64,000 nt of DNA from Deferrisomatales bacterium (GCA_033551855.1 JAWSUI010000006.1:11189-75188); one strand, 5' to 3'. Positions 20,918-31,803 are shown, counted from the stretch's first letter. Notes: generated from the letters alone by a model not told the origin. Translations and numbers: made by a program.

Positions 20918-21484
20918 TCACAGGTACGCGGTCACCTCCTGCGCGGGTCTGCGGGGCGGCTGTCTGCTTGCGGCACCGGGAATCCCGATCGGCAGCAGCC
21001 CCACGATCTCCAACTCCTCGCCGACCCCCAACATCCGGGCCAGTTCTTGCCGGTCGTACATCGTGAACCAGAGGGAGCCGAGACCCCGGTCCGCCACAGC
21101 CAGGAGCATGTTCTGAATACAGGCCGAGGCGGCCTTGAGGTGCGCCGCCGTGTCTCCCAGAAACGCCCCGAGACCGATCTTCCGGGGATCGGCGGCCACG
21201 GCGACGAGCACGGGGGCCCGACCGATGAAGGACGTGTCGTACTTCGCCACCCACTCCTTGCCCGAGTCCCTCGCCAGGCGATCCCGCACGGTGCCGCAAT
21301 GGGTGGCGACCGCGGCAATCCGCATGGGGTCGGTGACCACGGTGAAGGCCCAGGGCTGCTGGTTCAGGGGGCTGGGGGCGGCGCAGCCGGCCTCCAGGAT
21401 GGCGGTCACCGCGTCCGCCGCCACCGGCCCTTCGGCGAAGGAGCGGCAGCTGGTGCGGGCACGCAGAACGTCCGAGAGCTCCAT
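20918..21484 (-). CDS. Nitroreductase family protein
   Basis: RTSCRSF, AAPSPLNQQPWAF, IQNMLLA...GLGSLW. Confidence 0.9.
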   Translation of the reverse strand: MELSDVLRARTSCRSFAEGPVAADAVTAILEAGCAAPSPLNQQPWAFTVVTDPMRIAAVATHCGTVRDRLARDSGKEWVAKYDTSFIGRAPVLVAVAADPRKIGLGAFLGDTAAHLKAASACIQNMLLAVADRGLGSLWFTMYDRQELARMLGVGEELEIVGLLPIGIPGAASRQPPRRPAQEVTAYL

Positions 21485-21588
21485 GGTCGCCTCCTTTGCA
21501 GACTCGGGTCCGGGCGCGGGACGCGGGGCACGGCGCCGCGTCCGGCCTCAGGGGCGGGGCGGGGTCTCCGAACCCGCCCCCGCCGGCA

Positions 21589-22719
21589 TCAGCCCAACGT
21601 CCAGGCGGCCGGCGTCTTGCCGCCGAAAGTCTTCGGCATGCGGAAGTCGCCCGCCCCCACCGCGACCTGGACCAGGCGGGCCGCCTCCTCCATGCCCAGC
21701 TCGTTCATCAGGGCGAAGGGCCCCTTGGGCCAGGCCAGGGCCGTGCAGATCCCGAGCTCCAGGTCCTTGAGCGAAACCACGTCCTTCTCGATCAGGTGGG
21801 TCGCGATCGTGAAGATGGCGCCCAGAAGCCTGTCCTGCACGGCGGCCCGGGCACCGGTGTCCTCGAGCACGGGCCCGTCCTCCAGGTTCCAGGGCTTGCC
21901 GCTGGCGAACTGTTCCCTCAGGGAAGCCGGCACAGGCGGGTAGCCCACGTCCGTGCCCCCCAGGTACTCGTGCATGGACTCGGCGGCGTGGAACGAGGTG
22001 CCCAATCCGGAGCCGTTCTGCACCCACATGATCCCGAAGCGGACACCCAGGGCCTTCCGGGAGATGTCGTCCAGGGTTGCGACATTGTACCGCCCGCCGT
22101 CGTAGAAGGAGTCGAGCACCATGTAGCTGGCGATGAAGACGGGGTTGATGGCGAACCCGGGGAAGTCCCGCACCGTGATGGCGATCTTGCGGTTCTTCTC
22201 GGCGAATGCCATGAGGGTCCGGTAGGTGTCGTCGCTCGTCCCCTTCTGGCGGATCACCTCCACGAGCCGGTTCACGTTGGCCGGGAAGAAGTAGTGCAGG
22301 CCCGCCGTCCGCTCGGGGTTCGACGCGCGCTCCATCAGCTTCTCGATCAGGAAGGTCGATGTGTTGCTCGCCAGGATGGCGTCCGGCCGGCAGTGCTTCG
22401 AGAGGTCCTCGAAGATCTGGATCTTCAGGTCCATCTTCTCGACGGCCGCCTCGATGACGAGGTCGCACTCCGCAAGACCCTCGTACCGGCTGGTTCCCGT
22501 GATCTTGGAGGTCACTCCGTCCATCTGCTCCTGGGTCATCTTTCCCTGCTCCACACGCTTCTTCAGGGCGGAGACGACCCAGCGGTCGTACAGCTGCTTC
22601 ACCAGGTCGTCGTTGAGCTCCTTGAAGACGACCCGATAGCCCGCCGTGGCGGCGTTGAGCCCGATGGCGGCTCCCATCACCCCGAACCCGACGACGCCCA
22701 CCGTAGAGATCTCTTTCAT
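21589..22719 (-). CDS. 3-hydroxyacyl-CoA dehydrogenase
   Basis: GFGVMGAAI Rossmann motif, VIEAAVE, ASNTST, GLHYFFPA, DFPGFAIN. Confidence 0.9.
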   Translation of the reverse strand: MKEISTVGVVGFGVMGAAIGLNAATAGYRVVFKELNDDLVKQLYDRWVVSALKKRVEQGKMTQEQMDGVTSKITGTSRYEGLAECDLVIEAAVEKMDLKIQIFEDLSKHCRPDAILASNTSTFLIEKLMERASNPERTAGLHYFFPANVNRLVEVIRQKGTSDDTYRTLMAFAEKNRKIAITVRDFPGFAINPVFIASYMVLDSFYDGGRYNVATLDDISRKALGVRFGIMWVQNGSGLGTSFHAAESMHEYLGGTDVGYPPVPASLREQFASGKPWNLEDGPVLEDTGARAAVQDRLLGAIFTIATHLIEKDVVSLKDLELGICTALAWPKGPFALMNELGMEEAARLVQVAVGAGDFRMPKTFGGKTPAAWTLG

Positions 22720-22978
22720 CTGGAAGCCTCCTCCTGTAAGACGTGGCAAGATGGACCGCGGCCGGCATAAGGGCCGCCCGCGCGAAGACCACACCTTAGG
22801 GGCGCCGGGCGGCCTCGTCAAGGTGCTCGTTGGCCGGCAATCGGGAGCCCCCCGCCGCGCTGGGGCCACGGGCCGCAAGAACCGGCAGACCGTGACCTTT
22901 GCGCACCTCGCCGCATCCATGGGTGAGGTAAGGGGCGGGGGACTCGACCCTGGCGGTCACAAGATCGGAGGAAGAGGC

Positions 22979-23347
22979 ATGAAGTGCGAGCGCTGCGGCA
23001 CCGAGATGGGAGCGGGCGAGGCCTTGGCCCACGGGGACCGGAAACTGTGCGAGGACTGCCTCATGGACGTGCTGAGCCCCGCCATGGCGTGTGACCCCTG
23101 GGCCGTCAAGCTGGCCAAGGGCGCCATCGAGTCCGGCCCGCCCCCTGAGCTCCAGGGGCTGGAAAAAGCCCTCTTCGACGCGGTCCGGGAAAGAGGCCGG
23201 GTGCCGAAGGAGCAGGCGGCCCCCCTCCTGGGCGTACGTCCCACCGAGCTGGAGCGGGCCTTTGCGGTGCTGCGCCACATGGAGCTCCTGCGCGGCCAGC
23301 GCCGGGAGGACGGGGGGGTGGACTACGTGCCCTTCGAGGGGGCCTGA
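22979..23347 (+). CDS. Hypothetical protein (N-terminal CxxC...CxxC, C-terminal wHTH-like)
   Basis: MKCERCG...LCEDC...CDPWAV. Confidence 0.7.
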   Translation: MKCERCGTEMGAGEALAHGDRKLCEDCLMDVLSPAMACDPWAVKLAKGAIESGPPPELQGLEKALFDAVRERGRVPKEQAAPLLGVRPTELERAFAVLRHMELLRGQRREDGGVDYVPFEGA

Positions 23348-23408
23348 CAGTGAAGGGCCGGATCCCGAGCCGGGTAGTCCGGCGGCGGCAGCGCCGAGGC
23401 AGGTGAGG

Positions 23409-24182
23409 GTGCGCCGCGCCGCCCTTCGGCTGGCCGCCGCCGCGGTCCTCGCGATACTCCTCAGTTTCGTGCTGGCCCTGGCCCGGCACGACGTCAGCCT
23501 GGGAACCGATTGGCGCACCGCCGACCGCACCAGCCGGGGCATCGCCCCGGCCCCGGAGACGACGCCGGAAGCGGTGGTCCAGGTGTACGCGGCCCGGGCG
23601 GTCCGCTGGCGCGGCCTGTTCGCCGTGCACACTTGGCTCGCCGTCAAGCCCGAGAACGCCGAGGCCTACACGGTCCACCACGTGGTGGGGTGGAACGTGC
23701 GCAGGGGGCGCCCGGTGGTGGTCTCCCTCTCGGACGTCCCCGACCGCTCGTGGTACGGGAACGCCCCCGAGCTCCTGAACGATCTGCGCGGCCCGGAAGC
23801 CGAAGGCCTCATCCCCCGCATCCAGCGCGCGGTGGAGAGCTACCCTTACCCCCACACCTATCGCGCCTGGCCCGGCCCCAACAGCAACACCTTCGTCGCC
23901 TGGGTCGGCCGCGAAGTCCCTGAGCTGCGTCTGAACCTTCCGCCGACCGCCATCGGCAAGGACTACCTCCCCCGCGCCTGGGTCCACCGGGCCCCCAGCG
24001 GCAGGGGCGTGCAGGTATCCCTCTTCGGCCTGCTGGGCGCCACCGTGGCCCCCATGGAGGGCCTCGAGCTCAACCTGCTCGGCCTGAATCTGGGGATCGA
24101 CGCGCTGGTCCCGGCCCTGAAGCTGCCCGCCGTCGGACGCCTGGGCTTCTCCCGGTCGCCCGCGGGACCGGGCGGAGGGTAG
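23409..24182 (+). CDS. DUF3750-like protein
   Basis: WRTADRTSRGIAP...AVVQVYAAR..RWRG.FAVHTW...WPGPNSNTF; start approximate. Confidence 0.75.
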   Translation: MRRAALRLAAAAVLAILLSFVLALARHDVSLGTDWRTADRTSRGIAPAPETTPEAVVQVYAARAVRWRGLFAVHTWLAVKPENAEAYTVHHVVGWNVRRGRPVVVSLSDVPDRSWYGNAPELLNDLRGPEAEGLIPRIQRAVESYPYPHTYRAWPGPNSNTFVAWVGREVPELRLNLPPTAIGKDYLPRAWVHRAPSGRGVQVSLFGLLGATVAPMEGLELNLLGLNLGIDALVPALKLPAVGRLGFSRSPAGPGGG

Positions 24183-24649
24183 CCTGCCATCCTCGCAGCG
24201 CCCCACACGCAATGGATCACCTGCGTCCTCCCCGCCGATACGACGTCCCTGAGGGAAGACCCGTCAACGCTCTTCTGCCTGTACGCCCCCTTGCCTTCCC
24301 CAGAGCCCCCTCGGAGAGAGCTGGACTCAGCCCCGGCGAAGACGCCCGATTCGGCCACGAGGGCCCGGTGTCTCAGTAACTGAGCACCCTGGGCAGCTTC
24401 TTTGCCTGCTCGATCCTTCGAGGATGGCGGGATCGCCCCTCCCTCGTCCGGTCGAGGGGGCTGAGGTGACCCGCCGGAGAGAGCTCTGGGGCGCGAAAGA
24501 TCATTGGCTCACCGGCTCCACCCCTGGGTCCGGGAGCCGAGTGTGCGGGAGCCGAGTGCGGGGCGCCCCGGTGCTCGTTGACGCGACGCGGGTTCCCGGG
24601 AAGACTGGGAATCGACAGACTGGGAATCTGGGAGGTACAGGGAGCGTCC

Positions 24650-26062
24650 ATGAAGCGTTGGCTGTTCGGAGCGCTTGCCGCCCTGTGCGGAACACTTCTG
24701 GTTGCCGGTTTCGTCGCGCTCGTACTCCCCGCCGTCGTCAAGAGCCAGACGGTGAAGCGGGTGGAGGCGGCGACCGGCAGATCGCTCGCCATCGGCGGGC
24801 TCTCCTTCAACCCCTTCACGTGGCTGGTCGAGGTCCGGGACTTCCGCTTCTCGGAGCGGGGGGCGGACGAGACGTTTGCCGCCTTTGCCGGCGTCCGGAC
24901 GACCCTGAGCCCCACCTCCCTCTTCCGGAGGGAGCCGGTCATTGCCGAGGCGCGCATCGCCTCGCCGTATCTGCGCATCGTCAGGACCGGGGAGAGTGCC
25001 TATAACTTCTCCGATCTCCTCAAGTGGTTGCCGCGGATTCCTCGCTTGTCCGTCGACGACCTCACGGTCACGGGAGCCACCCTCGAGTTCACCGACCGCC
25101 ACGTGGCGGGGGGATACGCCGCGAGCCTTCGCACCTTGGAGGGCGAGATCCGCGGCCTGTCATCCGAGGCAGGCCGGCTTGCCGACGTGGACCTGCGCGG
25201 TAGGCTGGAGGACCAAGCCACCCTGCAGGTCACCGGGCGGGTGCATCCCTATCGGGGCCATGTTTTTGCGGATCTCGCCGTCAAGCTCACGGGGGTCTCG
25301 CTCCCCCCGCTCTCCCCCTACTCGGGGACCTATCTCGGCTACGCGGTGGACGGGGGGCAACTGTCCCTCGACGCCAGGTACCGGATCGAGCACGGGAAAC
25401 TCGACGGGGAAAACAGGATCTTCATCGACCAACTCGCCCTGGGCAGGCGCATCGAGAGCGATCGGGCCGCCGGCCTTCCCGTGCGCCTGGCCGTCGCTCT
25501 CCTCAAGGACCGGAAGGGGGAGGTCCGCCTCGAACTGCCGGTGACGGGGAGGATCGGCGACCTCGAGTTCCGCCTCGGGAGCGTGGCGGGCCAGGCCCTC
25601 AGGACCCTTTTCATCACCGCCGAGGCCTCGCCCTTTGCCCTGCTCCAGTCCCGGTTCGGTTGGGCGGAGGACATGGGGAGCATCGGCTTCGCCCCCGGCT
25701 CTGCCGAGCTCTCCCCCGCCGAGCAGGAGAAGCTCCGGAAGCTGGCGGCCGCGCTGGACGACCGGCCGGCCCTTCGGGTCGCCCTTCTCGGTTTCGTGGA
25801 CCCAGAACGCGACCCCGACGCGTACCGCGAAGCTCTCTCCCGAGAGGAGAGGATGAAGTGGGTGCCGGTGCGAACCGTCGTGGGCGATCCGGAGCTGCGG
25901 AGCCTGGCGGAAGCCCGGGCCGCCGCCGTCCGGGCGTTTCTGGTCGGCCAGGAACAGGTCGACCCCGCACGGGTCGTCCTGAAGAGCGGGGACATCTACA
26001 TGGCTCCGTCCCAGGCGGGAACGGCCGGGAGCCGGGTCGCGTTCGAGGTTGAGGCAGAGTAG
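24650..26062 (+). CDS. DUF748 domain protein with OmpA-like C-terminal region
   Basis: N-terminal TM, FNPFTW, PYSGTYLGY, LAVALLKDRKG.V.LELPV.G, FAPGSAEL. Confidence 0.8.
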   Translation: MKRWLFGALAALCGTLLVAGFVALVLPAVVKSQTVKRVEAATGRSLAIGGLSFNPFTWLVEVRDFRFSERGADETFAAFAGVRTTLSPTSLFRREPVIAEARIASPYLRIVRTGESAYNFSDLLKWLPRIPRLSVDDLTVTGATLEFTDRHVAGGYAASLRTLEGEIRGLSSEAGRLADVDLRGRLEDQATLQVTGRVHPYRGHVFADLAVKLTGVSLPPLSPYSGTYLGYAVDGGQLSLDARYRIEHGKLDGENRIFIDQLALGRRIESDRAAGLPVRLAVALLKDRKGEVRLELPVTGRIGDLEFRLGSVAGQALRTLFITAEASPFALLQSRFGWAEDMGSIGFAPGSAELSPAEQEKLRKLAAALDDRPALRVALLGFVDPERDPDAYREALSREERMKWVPVRTVVGDPELRSLAEARAAAVRAFLVGQEQVDPARVVLKSGDIYMAPSQAGTAGSRVAFEVEAE

Positions 26063-26233
26063 TCTGGTTCGAGAGACGTCGCCCCTCTGCGCAGACGGGC
26101 GGCGAGAGCGCCGAGGCTGCGAGCATGCGGCCGCCATTCCCTGGGAAGGTCGCGTTGCGGGGCGCCCGCGCGCCGCGCCGGGGCAGGCGGGGGGGAATCT
26201 TTCAGGACCGCCATTCGATTCCATGGGGGCGTC

Positions 26234-27982
26234 ATGAAGACCGGAAAAGAGAACCCCTCAGGGGTCACGGCTGCCGCCAAGCTGCGGCGCCAGGCCGAAG
26301 TGCGGTTGCATGGGGATGCACCGGGCGCGCACCGGCCCCGAACCGCGCTGGAGACCCAGAAGCTCGTCCACGAGCTCGAGGTCCACCAGATCGAGCTCGA
26401 GATGCAGAACGCGGAATTGCGCCGCACGCAGGAAGATCTGGAGCTGTCGCGGAACACCTACGCGAAGCTGTACGACCTTTCGCCCATCGCTTATTTCACA
26501 TGGGATACGCGCGGGATGATCCTCGATGTGAACCTCGCCGGGGAGCGGCTCGTTGGAGCCGACAAGCGGGTATTGATCGGCAAGAGTTTCGCAAACTTTG
26601 TTTCGGATGACGAATCGAGAGAGGTCTTCTCGAGGAACCTTCAAGCCGTTGCGGGTGATTCCGATGCAGAAGGCGGCGAAATACGGATCGCCGGAAGCAA
26701 AGGTTCCGTCTGGGTTGGATGGCTGCAGAGCGCCCGCGTTCAAATTGCAGATAGCAGGGCCCCCTTCATTCTTGCATCAATTGTGGACAATACCGCGCGC
26801 CAGCGCATGGAAGACGAACTGCAAGAGAGCCACCATACACTGGAGATGATGGTAAGCGAGCGCACAAGAGAGTTGACCGAAGCGAATGCTCAGCTCACAC
26901 AGCTGCTGGACGAACGCAAGAAGGCAGAAGAGGAGCTCCAGGCAGCGCTTGTGCAAATAGAGGAGCTGAAAGATCGGCTCCAGGCGGAAAACATCTATTT
27001 GCAGAAAGAGATTGCGCGAGAGTACAACTTCGACGAGATCATCGGGCACAGCGACGCCCTCGCCTACGTCTTCTTCCAGATCGAGCAGGTGGCGCCCCAG
27101 GATACGACGGTTCTCCTGCTCGGGGAGACGGGCACCGGCAAGGGAGTGATCGCCCGGGCCATCCACCGGCGCAGCACCCGCAAGGATCGGCCGCTGGTAA
27201 CCGTCAACTGCTCGGCGCTGCCGGCAAACCTCATCGAGAGCGAGCTCTTCGGGCGCGAAAAGGGTGCGTTCACCGGGGCGAACGCCCGGCAGATGGGCCG
27301 CTTCGAGGTGGCCGACGGCGGCACCCTCTTTCTCGACGAGATCGGCGAGATGCCGCTGGAGTTGCAGGTCAAGCTGCTCCGGGTCCTTCAGGAAGGGGAG
27401 TTCGAACGCCTGGGAAGTCCCCGCACCATCAAGACGAACGTGCGGATCATCGCGGCCAGCAATCGAATCCTGGAGGCAGAGGTCCGCGCCGGCCGATTTC
27501 GGGAAGACCTGTTCTATCGGCTGAGCGTCTTTCCGATCACGATCCCGCCGCTGCGGCAGCGCACCGAGGACATCCCGCTTCTCGTCAACCACTTCCTCGC
27601 CCGGTTCAACAAGAAGCTGAACAAGAGGATCGAGACGGTCTCGAAAGAGACCCTGGGCGCCCTGCAAGATTACGGCTGGCCCGGGAACGTCCGGGAGTTG
27701 GAGAGTGTGATCGAGCGGGCGGCCATCACCACGCAGGGAACGGCGCTGCGCGTTCTGGACCGCTTCGAGCCGTTTCGGCGGACCGGGGAACCCCCGGCCC
27801 CCCACGAGGTCCACCCGCTCGCGGAGGTGGAATACCGGCACATCCTGCAAGCGCTCGAGAAGACGGGGGGGCGCATCGAGGGAGCAAAGGGCGCGGCCAC
27901 TCTGCTGGGCCTCAACCCCAGCACCCTCCGGGCCCGGATGCGGAAGCACGGCATCTCCGCGCGGCAACGAAGAAGCCCGTGA
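26234..27982 (+). CDS. PAS-domain sigma-54-dependent transcriptional activator (Fis-type HTH)
   Basis: [36 protein letters not shown]-terminal HTH. Confidence 0.95.
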   Translation: MKTGKENPSGVTAAAKLRRQAEVRLHGDAPGAHRPRTALETQKLVHELEVHQIELEMQNAELRRTQEDLELSRNTYAKLYDLSPIAYFTWDTRGMILDVNLAGERLVGADKRVLIGKSFANFVSDDESREVFSRNLQAVAGDSDAEGGEIRIAGSKGSVWVGWLQSARVQIADSRAPFILASIVDNTARQRMEDELQESHHTLEMMVSERTRELTEANAQLTQLLDERKKAEEELQAALVQIEELKDRLQAENIYLQKEIAREYNFDEIIGHSDALAYVFFQIEQVAPQDTTVLLLGETGTGKGVIARAIHRRSTRKDRPLVTVNCSALPANLIESELFGREKGAFTGANARQMGRFEVADGGTLFLDEIGEMPLELQVKLLRVLQEGEFERLGSPRTIKTNVRIIAASNRILEAEVRAGRFREDLFYRLSVFPITIPPLRQRTEDIPLLVNHFLARFNKKLNKRIETVSKETLGALQDYGWPGNVRELESVIERAAITTQGTALRVLDRFEPFRRTGEPPAPHEVHPLAEVEYRHILQALEKTGGRIEGAKGAATLLGLNPSTLRARMRKHGISARQRRSP

Positions 27983-27985
27983 GCC

Positions 27986-30900
27986 CTATATGGGGGGGCA
28001 CGGTTCCTCCCGGATCGGCGGCCCGTTCCCCGCTCGCTGCACTTTGGCCAGTTCGTCCGCCGTGGCGCGGACCGTGGCGCGGATCTGTTCCTCGTCGTGA
28101 TGGGCCGTGATGAAAAACCGAAGGCGCGCCGAGCGGTCGGGCACTGCCGGGTGCAGAATCGGTTGGGCGTTGATGCCGCGGTCGAACAAGGCGCGTGACA
28201 GCCGCAAAGCCTTGACCGAGCTTCCCACGATGACGGGGACCACGGGCGTGCCGGCCGCCGAGCCGGTGTTGAGGCCGCGGTGGCGCGCCAGCGTGAGAAA
28301 AAGCGCAGAGAGCTCGCGCAGCCGAGCCACTCGCCACGGTTCGCGCTGGAGCACCGTGAGGGCGGCCAGGGCTGCAGCGGCGCCGGGCGGCGAGAGGCCC
28401 ACGCTGTAGACGAACCCGGGGGCGGTGTACTTGAGGTACTCGACGAGCTCCGCCGAACCCGCGATGTACCCGCCGCAGCTCGCCAGGGATTTGGAGAGCG
28501 TGCCCATCCACAGGTCCACGTCGGACCGGGCCACCCCCCAGTGCTCGCCCAGGCCCCGGCCGGTGGCGCCCATGGTGCCCAGCGAGTGCGCTTCGTCGAC
28601 GAGCAGCAGCGTCTTGTGTTTCTTCCGGAGCTCCGCGAAGCGCGGCAGCTCGGGGAAGTCGCCGTCCATGCTGTACACTCCCTCGATGGCGATCAGCACC
28701 CGGCGATAGCGGTGGCGCACTTCGGACAACAGGCTGTCGAGGGCCTGCCAATCGTTGTGGGCAAAGGCTCGGCGCGCGGCTCCGGAGAGCATGGCACCCT
28801 GGACGATGGAGTTGTGGGCCAGGATGTCGTGGAGGATCAGATCGTCGGGCCCGAACAGGTGGCCGATGGTGGTGACGTTGGTGGCGTGGCCCGAGACGAA
28901 GGCGATGGCGGCCTCGGTGCTCAGGAAGGCGGCCAGGGCCTGCTCCAGATCTCGGTGTACCTGCTTCTCGCCCGCGACCAGCCGACTGGCGCCGGCGCTG
29001 GTGCCGTAGCGGTCGATCGCGGCCTTGGCGGCGGCGGCGACCTCCGGATCGTGGGCCAGCCCGACGTAGTCGTAGATGCTGAAGTTGACGGGCGCCCGCC
29101 CCCCGAGGCCGCGTGGGCTTTGGGGCTTGCCGGGGTCGACGCGGAAGTACGGGTTGTCACCCACCGCGAGCAGCCGGCGCTCCTGGCGCTTCAACTCGCC
29201 AACCTCGGGGAACCAGGCCAGTTCGTAGTGTTCGGGGGGGATCTGGCCGACGGGACGGTCGGCCCTCGGGCCGTCGATTCGTTCCGATTGGACGGCCCGG
29301 ACCAGATCCTCCAGCGTCCGGGCCTCGCTGATCACCGAGTCGGGCAGACGGCAGGCGAAGGTCTCCTCCATCCTGGCCACGAGATCCAGCCGCTGCAGCG
29401 AGTCCAGACCCAGGGCGGCCAGGGGCGTTTCCAGCGTCAGGTCGGGCAACGCCGCGCCGGTCAAGGCGCCGGCGTGCTGGCGGACGGCGGCCAAGGCCGC
29501 TTGCAGAGAGCGGGGTCCGAGATGGGCCGCACAGGCCCCCGCGCCTTGCGCGGCATAACGGATGGCGGCGCTCGGGTCGGCACCCCCGATCGGCCGGCAG
29601 CAGTGCTCGGCCAGGACGTTGAGCTGCCCGTCCCGGAAGGCCGCGCGACACGCGTGGCGCTGGATCTTGCCGCTGGAGGTCCTGGGGATCGTGCCGCTTC
29701 GCACCAGCACCACCGTGTCCAGGGCCAGACCGCATTCCTCGAGCACCGCGCAGCGAAGCGCATCAAGCACGGGCCGGAAATCGTCCTGCCCCCGGCGCGC
29801 GACCTCGTGCACCAGGACCAGGCGCCGGCGGTCGGGGTCGTCTGCGAGGAAAGCGGCCCCGTAACCGGGTTCGAGCAGCGGGTGGCTGCCGCGGGCGATG
29901 GCCTCGATGTCTTGCGGGTAGCGGTTCATCCCACGCACGATGAGCAGGTCGTCCAACCGGCCGGCGACGTAGAGTTGCCCGTCCCGGAGGAAGCCCAGGT
30001 CGCCGGTCTTCAGGAACGGGCCTTCGCCCGTGCCGCTCAGGTGGGCGCCGAAGCTGCGCAGGGTCTGCTCGGGCTTGCCCCAGTAGCCCTGGCCCACCGA
30101 CGCGCCGGCAACCCAGATCTCGCCCATTCGGCCGGGGCCGACTTCCTCGCGGCACTGCGGGTCGACGATCGCCACGCGAAGACCTCCGACGGGCGCGCCG
30201 CAGGCCACCAGCCGCCGAGCTCGCGGCGCATCGCCGGGCAGGGGCTCCACGCGGCTTTCGGTCAAGGCCGTGTCGTCGAAGGTCTCGACCGCGGCGCCGC
30301 TCCCGCGCCTGGGGCCGCTCACCATGAGCGTGGCTTCCGCCAGTCCGTAGCAGGGATAGAAGGCGCTGGGATGGAAGCCGCAGGGGGCGAACGCGGCGGC
30401 GAAGTGTTCGAGCGTGCCGGGGTCGATGGGCTCGGCGCCGGCGAAGGCCAGGCTCCAGGAGGAAAGGTCGAGGGCGGCGCGCTGCTCGTCGGTGATCTTG
30501 CGGACACACAGGTCGTAGGCGAAGTTGGGGCCGCCGGCGATGGTGGCCCGGTACCTGCTGATCGCGGCCAGCCAGGTGATGGGGTTCTGGAGGAACGTGG
30601 CCGGCGAGAGGAAGACGTTGGTGACCCCGGTGAACACCGGTACCAGCACGCCGCCCACCAGGCCCATGTCGTGGTACATGGGCAGCCAGAACGCGCTGCG
30701 GTCCGTGTCCTGTATGTCGAAGGCCTGCTGGATGGCTCGGATGTTGGCCATGAGGTTCGCGTGGCTGAGCATGACGCCCTTGGGCTGGCTGGTGGAGCCC
30801 GAGGTGTACTGGAGCAGGGCCAGGGCGTCGGGGCGGAAGGTCGGCTCCTGCCAGTGCTCGGCCAGGGCATCGGGAATCTCATCGGTGGCGATCCACGAGA

Positions 30901-31357
30901 GCTGGGAGGAGGCAGCGGTCGGGCTGTGCTCTCCCGCCGCGCTCCACGTCTGGAACGTAGCCGCGCCCGAGGCGTTGGTGAGGGCAATGCGGGTCTGGGA
31001 GTCGGCGGCGACGGCCTGGAAGCGTTCGAGCATGCGGTGGCGACGGGGTGGGTATGTCGGCACCGCGACGCAGCCGGCGTACAGGCACCCGAAGAAGGCC
31101 GAGACGAAGTCGAAGCCGGGCGGATAGACCAGGAGCACGCCCTGGCCCGCGCAGCCCCTCTCCTGCAACCGGGCCGCGATGGCCCGGGCTCGCCGGTCGA
31201 GCTGGGCGAACGTCAGCCGGGCCTCATCGGCCTGACCGTCGAGCAGATGGACGCAGGCGGCCTGCTGGGGGCGGTCTTCGGCATGGCGCCGCAGCACGCG
31301 GATGAGATGTCCGCGAAGCGGATCCGGACGGCGGTTGTTTCGGCTACGCACCGGCAT
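27986..31357 (-). CDS. Fatty acyl-AMP ligase - ACP - alpha-oxoamine synthase (PLP; SPT/BioF superfamily) fusion
   Basis: QYTSGSTSQPKGV, CYGLAEATL, KTGDLG; ACP LGLDSL; AOS motifs LAHNS, DEAHS, GTLSKS. Confidence 0.9.
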   Translation of the reverse strand: MPVRSRNNRRPDPLRGHLIRVLRRHAEDRPQQAACVHLLDGQADEARLTFAQLDRRARAIAARLQERGCAGQGVLLVYPPGFDFVSAFFGCLYAGCVAVPTYPPRRHRMLERFQAVAADSQTRIALTNASGAATFQTWSAAGEHSPTAASSQLSWIATDEIPDALAEHWQEPTFRPDALALLQYTSGSTSQPKGVMLSHANLMANIRAIQQAFDIQDTDRSAFWLPMYHDMGLVGGVLVPVFTGVTNVFLSPATFLQNPITWLAAISRYRATIAGGPNFAYDLCVRKITDEQRAALDLSSWSLAFAGAEPIDPGTLEHFAAAFAPCGFHPSAFYPCYGLAEATLMVSGPRRGSGAAVETFDDTALTESRVEPLPGDAPRARRLVACGAPVGGLRVAIVDPQCREEVGPGRMGEIWVAGASVGQGYWGKPEQTLRSFGAHLSGTGEGPFLKTGDLGFLRDGQLYVAGRLDDLLIVRGMNRYPQDIEAIARGSHPLLEPGYGAAFLADDPDRRRLVLVHEVARRGQDDFRPVLDALRCAVLEECGLALDTVVLVRSGTIPRTSSGKIQRHACRAAFRDGQLNVLAEHCCRPIGGADPSAAIRYAAQGAGACAAHLGPRSLQAALAAVRQHAGALTGAALPDLTLETPLAALGLDSLQRLDLVARMEETFACRLPDSVISEARTLEDLVRAVQSERIDGPRADRPVGQIPPEHYELAWFPEVGELKRQERRLLAVGDNPYFRVDPGKPQSPRGLGGRAPVNFSIYDYVGLAHDPEVAAAAKAAIDRYGTSAGASRLVAGEKQVHRDLEQALAAFLSTEAAIAFVSGHATNVTTIGHLFGPDDLILHDILAHNSIVQGAMLSGAARRAFAHNDWQALDSLLSEVRHRYRRVLIAIEGVYSMDGDFPELPRFAELRKKHKTLLLVDEAHSLGTMGATGRGLGEHWGVARSDVDLWMGTLSKSLASCGGYIAGSAELVEYLKYTAPGFVYSVGLSPPGAAAALAALTVLQREPWRVARLRELSALFLTLARHRGLNTGSAAGTPVVPVIVGSSVKALRLSRALFDRGINAQPILHPAVPDRSARLRFFITAHHDEEQIRATVRATADELAKVQRAGNGPPIREEPCPPI

Positions 31358-31585
31358 GGTCAACGGGTTCCCTTGTCATTGTGCCCCGCCCGATGAGCGG
31401 AGGCTCTGGGGCAGGTCGGTTCCCCACGCCGGGGGAGCTCGCGCCGGCCCCCCCTCGGGGCGGCTCGGCATCGATCGGGTGGCCCGCCACTGTTCCCGGG
31501 ACCGCCGGTTCGACGACGGCGCCGCCGGCTCGCTGCATACCGAGAGCATCGTACCGGAACCGAAACTGTCAAGTTTGGCAGGGGC

Positions 31586-31803
31586 CCTCGATCCGCCACC
31601 TGGGTGGCGAGCGGGTTCCGGGAGCCCCTGCGCTGCGCCCCGCAATCCGCGCCAATTGGAGGAGGGGCCCCTCGCGGAACCGGTGCGCCTGGCTTCACCG
31701 GATTCCACGGGCTGTGGCGGATCGGTCGATGCGGCACGGGGCCCCGGTTTGACAGGGCCGGGGCTCCCGGAACCCGCCCCATGATGAGGTGGTGGATTCT
31801 GGG
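31586..31803. mobile_element. Degenerate family A MITE-like element inside the lipid cluster
   Basis: Shares GCCCCGCAATCCGC, GGCTTCACC and terminal GGTGGATTCT with the other copies. Confidence 0.65.

Noticed and set aside
27986..29200. bioF / biotin synthesis
   Set aside because: Fused to FAAL-ACP, no other bio genes nearby, lipid-cluster context
28280..31396. 1038-aa plus-strand ORF
   Set aside because: Antisense shadow of the FAAL-ACP-AOS gene
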